Virus record (IMG/VR): IMGVR_UViG_3300008009_000010
Strand: one strand, 5' to 3'
DNA length: 64,000 nt
Source: a virus
This document shows, piece after piece, positions 1 to 8,356 of this stretch (position 1 is its first letter; each line of letters starts with the position of its first letter). Position numbers and translations under genes: made by a program. The notes under the pieces are model-generated. The model made no database searches, was not told where the DNA came from, and saw only the letters and a program-made list of their open reading frames with translations.

Positions 1-1884
1 ATAAGAAATAACAAATTGATCTAATAAATCAGCAACAAAAGAAACAATAGAAAGTTCTATATCATTTATTACTTTTATATTTCTTACTAAAGGAGCAGTT
101 GTATTAACATCATATCTATGGAATTCAAAGAAGTTAGTTGTTCCATTCATCATAATATCAGAGAAAAGAATTTTATCCCCTTCAACAACAGGAGCAATAT
201 CTTCATTATAGATTAATCTATTGGTATTAGAATTTGTTATTTTACCTTGAATAGTTCTTAAGTTATAAGGAATATCAGAAGCAGATACACCAAGATCATT
301 ACCAAGTTCATAATTACTTTTAACAAAATTAGTATACATATTAGAGTTAGGAAGTTTTTTAACAGGTAAACTAATAGAATTTTCTTTTGATTCAGCTGAA
401 TTATAAAATGAATCTTTATTAATAACAAAATAGTAAGAAGCATTTATTGTTGATGAAATAATTTCTGGGTAATAATCTGTAATTGATGCTAATTTAGAAT
501 TTCTAAAATATTTTGCATAATCAAAAAAATTATCTAATGAGTAAGATATTAAATCTGCTTTAGCTTTTATTTTTAAATCTTCTTTTTTAGAAGTTGTTAT
601 ATTTTCAGGAAGTTCAATAAATGGTGTTACTTCAACATAAATATATGAAGGTTTAAAAAAATTTAATTTTGTTGATACAACATTATATGTCTCTAATTCT
701 CGTAATAAAGTATTTTCTTCTATTGAAGTTAAATAAATTGAATTATTATCAGTTAAGAAATTAATTTTATTCAAAGTATTAGGAACACCAGAGAGATATA
801 TATTACCTAATTTTTGATCTTCAGAAGAAGGATATAATTCTTCCCCACCAATTACATTAGCTGCCATTATATAAGGATAAGCATTTAAAATATTTTTAAA
901 ATCTTGTTTTGTTACTGCTCTTCCTGATGTTGAAAAATATTTTGGTGCTTTTAATTTAATTTCTTCTAATGTTTCATTTTCAGAACCACCAAAAGTAAAA
1001 GATAAAGGATCTAAAGAATTAAATTTTGATAAGTCCAAAGCAAAAGAACTAACATAAGAATTAGTGTCAATAGGAATAGAAGTCATATATTCATTATTAG
1101 CTAATGATCCCTTTGTTTCAACATATTCAACTGTAGCTGTTTGATCACTTTCTAAGATTTTACCTATAATATTATCCCCGAAAATAATTTTTGGAAAATA
1201 CTCATTTTCACTATCTTCTTCAACAAAAAAGATATTAGAACTTGGTAAATTAAAAATACTTTTTGCTTCTATCCAATCTTCTGCTAAAGCCCCTGATACA
1301 TTTCTAATAACAGACATTTTAAGGGAATTCTCTTCAACAGAAATAGATGGAATTGTAAAAGATTGAAAAGGTGTATTCCCAGCAGCACCAATATATGTAA
1401 ATGTTTTTATTTCACCTTCAAAAAGTTCATATTCAGCTGAAAGTGTATTGTCATCTTGATATGTTAAAATTATGGGTTTTTTGTTTAAATACACATTACC
1501 TTTATTAGATACAAATTTAGAATTTGTTTGTACTGTAATAGTGTCATTAACAGAAAATACAACTTCTGTATCAATGTATGTTAATGTTCCTATTGCTTTT
1601 GCTGATGTTTTTCTTTTTGGTCTATATCCAATTTCTTTTGCTCTTGAAACTGCATTTTTTCTATAGTTAATCGTATCTAAGAAATTATTGTTTGCAACAT
1701 TTGCAACTTGATACGACATTAACATACTAACATAAGACATTGTATCAATTATATATGATATATTTGATGCTGACCAATCAAATGTAGCAGAATATTCTGA
1801 ATTACTCTTTAAAAATTCTATGATCTGTTGTCTAACATCTTCAAATTTTAATAAATTTTGAGAAAAAAGAAAATTAGTAGCCAT
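1..1884 (-). CDS. gp6: Baseplate wedge subunit gp6-like (3'-truncated by the window edge)
   Basis: Not in the ORF track. ATG at 1884 reads MATNFLFSQNLLKFEDVRQQIIEFLKSNSEY..FDWSASNISYIIDTMSY..., the typical gp6 N-terminus. The frame is open where I checked it at the window edge. It lies directly downstream of gp25. Confidence 0.85.
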   Translation of the reverse strand, partial: MATNFLFSQNLLKFEDVRQQIIEFLKSNSEYSATFDWSASNISYIIDTMSYVSMLMSYQVANVANNNFLDTINYRKNAVSRAKEIGYRPKRKTSAKAIGTLTYIDTEVVFSVNDTITVQTNSKFVSNKGNVYLNKKPIILTYQDDNTLSAEYELFEGEIKTFTYIGAAGNTPFQSFTIPSISVEENSLKMSVIRNVSGALAEDWIEAKSIFNLPSSNIFFVEEDSENEYFPKIIFGDNIIGKILESDQTATVEYVETKGSLANNEYMTSIPIDTNSYVSSFALDLSKFNSLDPLSFTFGGSENETLEEIKLKAPKYFSTSGRAVTKQDFKNILNAYPYIMAANVIGGEELYPSSEDQKLGNIYLSGVPNTLNKINFLTDNNSIYLTSIEENTLLRELETYNVVSTKLNFFKPSYIYVEVTPFIELPENITTSKKEDLKIKAKADLISYSLDNFFDYAKYFRNSKLASITDYYPEIISSTINASYYFVINKDSFYNSAESKENSISLPVKKLPNSNMYTNFVKSNYELGNDLGVSASDIPYNLRTIQGKITNSNTNRLIYNEDIAPVVEGDKILFSDIMMNGTTNFFEFHRYDVNTTAPLVRNIKVINDIELSIVSFVADLLDQFVISY

Positions 1885-1887
1885 ATT

Positions 1888-2286
1888 TTATCTCACTTTT
1901 TTTAATTGATATTGGAATGATACAGTTTGATTATCTCTAACTAAAATACTCTTATATGTAATAGTAACATCATAACTTTGTTTATCTTCATTTTTCACCA
2001 CATTAACATTAACATCATCAACACGTGGTTCAAATTTTTCTATTGCATCTTCAATCGTTTTTTGAATTTGTAAACTTGTAATAGGATCAATAGGGGAAAA
2101 TAAATATTGCTCTAAATTTGTCCCAAATAATGGATCCATGACTCTACTGCCAGGTTTAGTGTTTAAAATATTTCTGATTGATTCAGCAATAGCATTATCA
2201 TTAGTAAGTAATGATACGTCTTTCTTACCTGTAAAATCTCTGCCTATTTTATTTACATCTATATAATAAATATCGCTATTTTCCAT
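1888..2286 (-). CDS. gp25: Baseplate wedge subunit gp25 (GPW/gp25 family)
   Basis: AIAESIRNILNTKPGSRVMDPLFGTNL..YLF..I..AIEKFEPRV motif; adjacent to gp6. Confidence 0.9.
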   Translation of the reverse strand: MENSDIYYIDVNKIGRDFTGKKDVSLLTNDNAIAESIRNILNTKPGSRVMDPLFGTNLEQYLFSPIDPITSLQIQKTIEDAIEKFEPRVDDVNVNVVKNEDKQSYDVTITYKSILVRDNQTVSFQYQLKKVR

Positions 2287-2307
2287 AAATAATTCTCCTG
2301 TTAAGTG

Positions 2308-2315
2308 TATTTATA
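2308..2315 (-). promoter_or_regulatory. T4-type late promoter TATAAATA for gp25-gp6
   Basis: Exact TATAAATA on the minus strand, about 20 nt upstream of the gp25 start. Confidence 0.75.
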
Positions 2316-2399
2316 ATAAAAAAAGAGAGAGAACTATTTCTAGTTTCTCTCTCTCATATATATTTTAATAACTGTATATCTTTTTAAAAATAAATATTT

Positions 2400-2765
2400 T
2401 TATACCTTGATAAGTTTATGAGATTTTTTATATTGAGCTTCACTTAAAATATCTACAACTTCACCATTTTTGTTAAATTTAATCCAATGACAGTTATCTA
2501 AAACACATTCAATTTTTAAGTTTTCTTCTAAAAATGGAATGAGAATCAAAGCAGACCGAATAAGCATAGAAGTATTTAAAGAATCATTAAATGAAATATA
2601 ACAAATATCATTTTCATCTTTATTTTTAATAATAACAATATTAAATAAACTGGAATAAAAAATATTATCTTCCTCATCAAAAATAACTAATTCTTCAGAG
2701 GTATCAATATCAAATAATTCTTTAATTAAATTATTTAATGTTGTTGAAAAATCTTTATAATTCAT
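2400..2765 (-). CDS. Hypothetical protein
   Basis: 121-aa ORF with an AAAAGGA RBS, co-oriented with neighbours. Confidence 0.7.
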   Translation of the reverse strand: MNYKDFSTTLNNLIKELFDIDTSEELVIFDEEDNIFYSSLFNIVIIKNKDENDICYISFNDSLNTSMLIRSALILIPFLEENLKIECVLDNCHWIKFNKNGEVVDILSEAQYKKSHKLIKV

Positions 2766-2781
2766 AAAATTCCTTTTTAGT

Positions 2782-2815
2782 AGTGAGTGAGTAAGTTAAT
2801 AAAAACTCACTCACT
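2782..2815 (-). terminator. Hairpin after gp32 (terminator-like)
   Basis: 11-bp inverted repeat AGTGAGTGAGT/ACTCACTCACT right after the gp32 stop. Confidence 0.5.
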
Positions 2816-2832
2816 CACTTTATATAGCAAAG

Positions 2833-3747
2833 TTATTTAAGACTATTAAAAAATGCCAAATCTTCATCTTCATCATCATCATCACTAACATTAGTTTCAG
2901 GTGAATCAAAAGATGGTTCATTTTTTTCATCAACAGTATCATTTGTTACAGTTTCTTCTTTAGAAGATGAAGAAGATTGTTTTGGTTCTTCATCATTCAA
3001 GCAAAGAACAGAGCCTAAAGTACGAATAGTTTCTTCATTAGTTGGGAATTCACTTTCATCAACAAAAGGAGTTAAAGAATAAGTTGAATTCATTATTTGT
3101 TCAATTTTTTTATCATCCCCATTAAAAAGAGGTTTTTGTTTTGTGAATTTACTATTATCATAGTTAGGGAAATCTCCTTGTTTTGTTACTGCAAGAAGAA
3201 AATCTGCCCCTTCATAAAGATCAAATGGCACAAATTGTTTGAAATCTTCATCCATTAAATCTGTTTCAGAAGGAAACATTTTTTGTTTAATTTTATCATA
3301 AATTTTAGTCCCAAATTTATAAAGATAATTTTTACCTTCTTCTTCTGGACAATTAGGATTTTTTAATACAACAATATTTGCAATATATTGAAGTTTACGT
3401 TTACGTTTACTAGCAATAGCTTTATCAGATTCAAAAGCTGAGTTCCAGAGTTCCATATTTTTTTTACAAATAGGGCAATCTCTATCATAACCAAAAGTAT
3501 TAATACAATTACGAATCCACCATTTTTTAGCTCCATTTACTTGATAAGGAAATCCATGATTATAAATTTTTACAAAAGGATTACCTTCTTTATCAGGAAT
3601 AAAACGAATTACAGCATTTGAAACACCAAGGGAATCTTTTGTCGGCACCCAAAATCTCTCATCTTTTTCAAAAGATTTTGATTTTTTCTCATCATCTTTT
3701 TTGATATTCTCTTTAACTGCATCCCAATCAAATTTAAACTTAGCCAT
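2833..3747 (-). CDS. gp32: Single-stranded DNA-binding protein gp32
   Basis: DERFWVPTKD..NAVIRFIP, NCINTFG..DCPIC zinc site, LYKFGTKIYDKI, FPNYDNSKF, acidic C-terminal tail. Confidence 0.95.
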   Translation of the reverse strand: MAKFKFDWDAVKENIKKDDEKKSKSFEKDERFWVPTKDSLGVSNAVIRFIPDKEGNPFVKIYNHGFPYQVNGAKKWWIRNCINTFGYDRDCPICKKNMELWNSAFESDKAIASKRKRKLQYIANIVVLKNPNCPEEEGKNYLYKFGTKIYDKIKQKMFPSETDLMDEDFKQFVPFDLYEGADFLLAVTKQGDFPNYDNSKFTKQKPLFNGDDKKIEQIMNSTYSLTPFVDESEFPTNEETIRTLGSVLCLNDEEPKQSSSSSKEETVTNDTVDEKNEPSFDSPETNVSDDDDEDEDLAFFNSLK

Positions 3748-3842
3748 ATTTTACCTTTCCTTTCTTTCCGCTTCATTCAAGAAGGGATTATATTCCACTA
3801 CCATTATTGGTAGGGTAATTTATAAAAATTATTATAATTGGG

Positions 3843-4466
3843 TTAAACCCAAAAATTCCCCCAATATTTACCTAGTAACATTCTTCCATTAACAATTCTA
3901 TTATTATACTCTAAATATCCTTTTTTGTCAAACCAAAAAGTATTTTTTTCGGTTTCTACCATTTCTAAATATTTTTCATCTTCACAGGGGACAAACTCAA
4001 CATCTAAATTTCCATGATAAAATTGTTCTTCCCATGATTCATCAATAGTATTTTCTAATGCAAAAATAATTTCATTTGTAACATAATCCCATCTTTTATC
4101 ATAAAATTCATCTATTTCATAATTAGATTTTTTTTCTTCTTTTGAATTACTACTCCTAATATTTTCAGGTACATCTTCATCTTCAACAAAAGGAATACCA
4201 TGTTTTTCTTTTAAACTCTTTTTAATTATTGGTAAAATTAATTGAGCCATAGTGTTATATCCAGCCCATGTGTCCTGATAACTACATTTAATAAAACTTA
4301 ATCTATTTAAGTTTGTATACCAAGAATTCCATAAAACATTTATAATAGGCTGAAATATAAAACCAATAAATTCTATATATTTATCATATTTATCAGGTAA
4401 ATTCTTTAAAGGTGTTGAATATATAATAGAAAAATGGTTTCGATACTTACCAATAAATGCAATCAT
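3843..4466 (-). CDS. Hypothetical phage protein
   Basis: 207-aa ORF in an operon; KRWDYVTNEIIFAL..GRMLLGKYWGNFW looks like a conserved phage family, function not recognised. Confidence 0.7.
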   Translation of the reverse strand: MIAFIGKYRNHFSIIYSTPLKNLPDKYDKYIEFIGFIFQPIINVLWNSWYTNLNRLSFIKCSYQDTWAGYNTMAQLILPIIKKSLKEKHGIPFVEDEDVPENIRSSNSKEEKKSNYEIDEFYDKRWDYVTNEIIFALENTIDESWEEQFYHGNLDVEFVPCEDEKYLEMVETEKNTFWFDKKGYLEYNNRIVNGRMLLGKYWGNFWV

Positions 4467-4469
4467 ATT

Positions 4470-5423
4470 TTATCTCCAAGCTGTTTGTACTGTATTTATC
4501 AAATAATTATTTATATTATCAAAATTAGGAACTTTTGGTAAAAAAACTGATTTTTCTATAGAATCTAATTCCAGTTTTAACTCATCAGCAATAGCCAAAA
4601 CTTCTTCTTTTGAATATTTCCCATTTCTAATATCAAGTAATAAAGCTTTTTCTTTTAAGGGAAAAATTAAATTTCCAGTTTTTATTAATTCTAATCCTTC
4701 TAACATAAGTCTGCAACAATGCATACCAAACTTTGAATCAAACCCATATTTTGTGATTAATTCTTTCCTGTTCCCTACTTTTGCCATTCGTTCATCAATT
4801 TTATCTTTAACTTTATATATATATTCTTTTAATGAAATATTTAAATCCCCTATTTTAGCGTGTTGTTCAAAAAATTTAATTCCTTCAGGAAAATTATCAT
4901 TCTTAAATTCAGCCAATAAACATTTCTTATTATTTTTTTCTAATAAAGTTGCTAACCATTCTTGTGAATTTTTTAGAATTGTATAATTATCAGCTTTAAT
5001 ATGCATTTTGTGCATTTGAGAAATAGCATAACCAATAAATTTTTGTTTGATCAACATACTAGGAAATATATCTCTCATTTCTCTAAGTTGTTTACCAATT
5101 TCATTTTCATAAATAATATTTTCATCATTAACAAAAATAGTTTCTATTAATGAAGGGTTTCCTTCCATTAATAGTTTAATGTATTTCCTGAATTCATAAA
5201 ATTTTTTATCAACTGCTTCTTTATTATTTTTACCATTTTCTTGTTTTGATATAATAGATAAATCAACTTCATTGAGTGTTTTAAGCCCTAAATAATATTC
5301 TTTTGGCGCTATAAAAATTCCCATGAAATCTTCATCTGATGTTTCAATATTAGTTCCATATAAATGTGAACCAACTCGTATTTCAAGAATTTTATTTTCT
5401 TTAGCGTATTCTTTAATATTCAT
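4470..5423 (-). CDS. Pol-beta-superfamily nucleotidyltransferase (RlaP/DUF-type)
   Basis: RVGSHLYGTNIETSDEDFMGIF (GS..YG....SD.D motif), GNPSLIE, KYGFDSKFGMHCCRL. Confidence 0.85.
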   Translation of the reverse strand: MNIKEYAKENKILEIRVGSHLYGTNIETSDEDFMGIFIAPKEYYLGLKTLNEVDLSIISKQENGKNNKEAVDKKFYEFRKYIKLLMEGNPSLIETIFVNDENIIYENEIGKQLREMRDIFPSMLIKQKFIGYAISQMHKMHIKADNYTILKNSQEWLATLLEKNNKKCLLAEFKNDNFPEGIKFFEQHAKIGDLNISLKEYIYKVKDKIDERMAKVGNRKELITKYGFDSKFGMHCCRLMLEGLELIKTGNLIFPLKEKALLLDIRNGKYSKEEVLAIADELKLELDSIEKSVFLPKVPNFDNINNYLINTVQTAWR

Positions 5424-5596
5424 ACGTTCTCAAAATCCTTTTTTATTTCTCTTCTTTCTTCATTGATATGATATGTTTTTGATATATTAATAGCTTTCAA
5501 AATTACCCCTGGAGTGTCTTGAAATTTTTCCCCCCAGTGATACCTTGTTTTTGATTTTAAACGCTCTCTATAGTATCTTCTTGAGGCTCTAGTCAT
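5420..5596 (-). CDS. Small hypothetical protein (58 aa)
   Basis: Read manually: MTRASRRYYRERLKSK...KDFENV; ATGA overlap with the next gene. Confidence 0.5.
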   Translation of the reverse strand: MTRASRRYYRERLKSKTRYHWGEKFQDTPGVILKAINISKTYHINEERREIKKDFENV

Positions 5597-5605
5597 ATAT
5601 TATAC

Positions 5606-5869
5606 CTACCAAATGTAATCATCATCATCATCTTGATAAACAAGATCTATATTAGGTTCTAAAAAATATTCTAAACCACAATGAGTAGAAAGTAATAGTT
5701 GTATTTTTTCAAGATCAGAAAAATCATCATAATTTTTTGATAAAAAATCTTCTGTAAGTAAACATGAATCACATATATGATTTTCTAATTCAATTCTAAT
5801 TTCTGATAAATAATAAGATTTAAATAACCAACTAGGATATGAAATCTTATATAAACTATAACTTTTCAT
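5606..5869 (-). CDS. Hypothetical protein
   Basis: 87 aa; ATGA overlap with the CCA-enzyme stop. Confidence 0.65.
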   Translation of the reverse strand: MKSYSLYKISYPSWLFKSYYLSEIRIELENHICDSCLLTEDFLSKNYDDFSDLEKIQLLLSTHCGLEYFLEPNIDLVYQDDDDDYIW

Positions 5870-6963
5870 AAAGTATTATATGCCTTTACATATTCATGTT
5901 CAACATAATCAATAATACTTTTTTTACCTTTACTTTGAATTTCTTTTGGCACACAAATTTGAGTTTTTTCAAAAACATCTTTCATTTTAAAAAGAATTGT
6001 ACTTTTTGAAGAATCTATAGTGTTTGTAGCATCATAAATTTCGATATATTGAAATAAATTTTTTTTAATTTTCTTAAAAAATTGTACAACCTCAATAATA
6101 GATAATGTTTCTAGATTATCAAAGTCTTTTTTAATAAGATTAAAATTTATAATCAATTCATTTTGTTTTGCTGTAAATTTGTGTTTATTAATAAAAGTTC
6201 TCAATTTTTTATCATCAATATTATGGAATAATGCTGCTAATGCCACATCAAACGAATAAAAATTTTCTTTTGCTTTATTAAAAGCGTCAAGATTAGACTT
6301 ATAAATTTTTGGTTCTAAAATATCAAAATGATAATCAATAGCATTAATATCTTTCAAAAAATCAAAAAATAATGAAGGAGTTTTAGCTTCATTATATGTT
6401 TTTTTGAGTTCAATATAAACTCTTTCATTATTTACAGCTTTTAAAATATGTTTATGTTCTTTTATTAATTTTAATGTTTCCTTCTCAACAGTTAAATTAA
6501 ATCTAGCAATAAATCTTGCTCCTCTATAAATTCTAATAGCATCTTCAATAAAAGCTTTAGGATTTACACAACGAAGTATTTTATTTTTAATATCATGAAT
6601 ACCATTGAAAGGATCAACATATTCATGTGTTAAATAATTTTTAGCAATACTATTAATTGAAAAATCTCTTCGAGATAAATCACTTTCAATAGAAACGTTT
6701 GTTTTTACTTCAAAGTCATGATAATTACCACATTCAGAAGTAGCTCTTTCAACTCGTGCTAAAGCAATTTCTGAGTTTAGTTCACTATGAATATAAACAG
6801 GAAATGAAACTCCAACTTTTTTATGTTCTGGAAATATACTTTCATATTCTTCTGTACTTGTTTTTTCAATGACATAATCTATGTCATGAGGAATTATATT
6901 CATAATTCCATCTCGAACACATCCTCCTACATAATAAACTTTATTATTTAATTCTTTAAACAT
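5866..6963 (-). CDS. cca: CCA-adding tRNA nucleotidyltransferase (class II); C-terminal HD domain looks degenerate
   Basis: YYVGGCVRDG...DIDY, DLSRRDFSINSIA, DPFNG..DI, EDAIRIYRGARF; LAALFHNI where HD would be expected. Confidence 0.9.
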   Translation of the reverse strand: MFKELNNKVYYVGGCVRDGIMNIIPHDIDYVIEKTSTEEYESIFPEHKKVGVSFPVYIHSELNSEIALARVERATSECGNYHDFEVKTNVSIESDLSRRDFSINSIAKNYLTHEYVDPFNGIHDIKNKILRCVNPKAFIEDAIRIYRGARFIARFNLTVEKETLKLIKEHKHILKAVNNERVYIELKKTYNEAKTPSLFFDFLKDINAIDYHFDILEPKIYKSNLDAFNKAKENFYSFDVALAALFHNIDDKKLRTFINKHKFTAKQNELIINFNLIKKDFDNLETLSIIEVVQFFKKIKKNLFQYIEIYDATNTIDSSKSTILFKMKDVFEKTQICVPKEIQSKGKKSIIDYVEHEYVKAYNTL

Positions 6964-7027
6964 TTAATCCTATCTCCTATTTGTTATAGAAATATATTAT
7001 CATTTAAAGATAATATATGTCAATAAC

Positions 7028-7252
7028 TTATTCTTTCATAAAAGATAAAATATTAGATTCATTTTTCATTTCTGGTAAATAATGTTTGTCAATAAATTCT
7101 TGTCTAACTTTATCAACAATATTTTGATTTACTATTTCTAATACATCTTCAACATCAAGAAAGTTTTCAGCTGCATAATCAACAATAGATTCAATATAAG
7201 AATTATTTTCTTTTGTTTTTTTCTCAATCAATAAACTTAATGGATCAATCAT
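7028..7252 (-). CDS. gp33: Late-transcription coactivator gp33-like
   Basis: SYIESIVDYAAENFLDVEDV..IVNQNIVDKVRQEF pattern; 74 aa. Confidence 0.75.
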   Translation of the reverse strand: MIDPLSLLIEKKTKENNSYIESIVDYAAENFLDVEDVLEIVNQNIVDKVRQEFIDKHYLPEMKNESNILSFMKE

Positions 7253-7421
7253 TCTGACTCCTTTTTGAGTAAAAAGTTTTCTCTATTTTTACTATATGAC
7301 AAATTTTCATTGTCAAGAAAATACTTATAAAATTCACATAAAAAACGTTTTGATAAAAATAACTTAAAACATTTTTCGTCATAAGCACAACCAAATGAGA
7401 CATATTTACAACAATCAGAAG

Positions 7422-8333
7422 TCATAATAGTTCTTTCATTATATGAATAAAAACTTCCATGAATTGTTCTATATCAGATTCTGAAACTGCAATACCAGAA
7501 GTTTTTTCATGACCTCCTGATATTATTTTTACTTCTTTCATGATTCTATCATGAATTTCATGTGTTGTCAAATTTATTTTATTACTAATTCTTAATGAAA
7601 ATGTAAATTGTGAATCTTTAAATCCATTTAATATTAAATAAACATCATATTCCGGATAAAAAATGGTGAAATCATTTACAAAATAGATATTTGCATTCAT
7701 AATTATTAAAAGATTATTATATATATAACTATGATTACTCATAGAATCTTTTAAATATGCTGTTCGTTCATTTGTATTTTTTTCTAATATTAAATTATCT
7801 TCCTCATCAAGATGATACCCATTTTTAAATTTTTCAATAAATTTTTCAGCATTATATTTCCAGAAAAGTGCATTTAGTGGATATGATAATTTCATAAAAT
7901 CTTCATTAGAAGTATCCCATATATCATAAATATTAACAATTCTATTTAATTCATATAAATGAGAAATTTTACTATTATTTAAAAATTCATATAGTTGAAT
8001 ACAAGCACATTTTGAAGAATCAAGTTTTAGAGTTATATGTAATTTTTCACATAAATCATGTACATCAAACTCATAAACATGATGATCAATATAGATTATA
8101 ATATTTTTATCTGTTTTAAAAGACCCAATTTTTCTAAGTTGTTGTTCAGTATAATTAAGATCTGTTATAAATAAAACATCAAAATCTTTATCAATCTCAT
8201 CAATTAACTTATCAATTTTTGTATAACCAGATGCTTTCCATTGATAATCAGCATTTTTTGGAATAAAATTTAAAACATTAATAACGCTTGTTATACCATC
8301 AAGATCCCAATGTGATAAATGTCTAATTTTCAT
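7422..8333 (-). CDS. DHH-family phosphoesterase (RecJ/NrnA-like)
   Basis: HLSHWDLDG, ITDL, IDHH and C-terminal SGGH motifs. Confidence 0.9.
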   Translation of the reverse strand: MKIRHLSHWDLDGITSVINVLNFIPKNADYQWKASGYTKIDKLIDEIDKDFDVLFITDLNYTEQQLRKIGSFKTDKNIIIYIDHHVYEFDVHDLCEKLHITLKLDSSKCACIQLYEFLNNSKISHLYELNRIVNIYDIWDTSNEDFMKLSYPLNALFWKYNAEKFIEKFKNGYHLDEEDNLILEKNTNERTAYLKDSMSNHSYIYNNLLIIMNANIYFVNDFTIFYPEYDVYLILNGFKDSQFTFSLRISNKINLTTHEIHDRIMKEVKIISGGHEKTSGIAVSESDIEQFMEVFIHIMKELL

Positions 8334-8356
8334 TAATTAATTCCTTTTTAAGTTAT

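Noticed and set aside
258-1666. Track ORFs 258..443 (-) and 1472..1666 (+)
   Set aside because: They are off-frame or antisense shadows of the long gp6 frame, which the track missed because it runs off the window edge.
7249-7425. 58-aa minus-strand ORF bridging the DHH gene and gp33
   Set aside because: It has ATGA overlaps at both ends but contains the TTGACA..TATAGT promoter for gp33 and no recognisable motif; it could be real but is unsupported.
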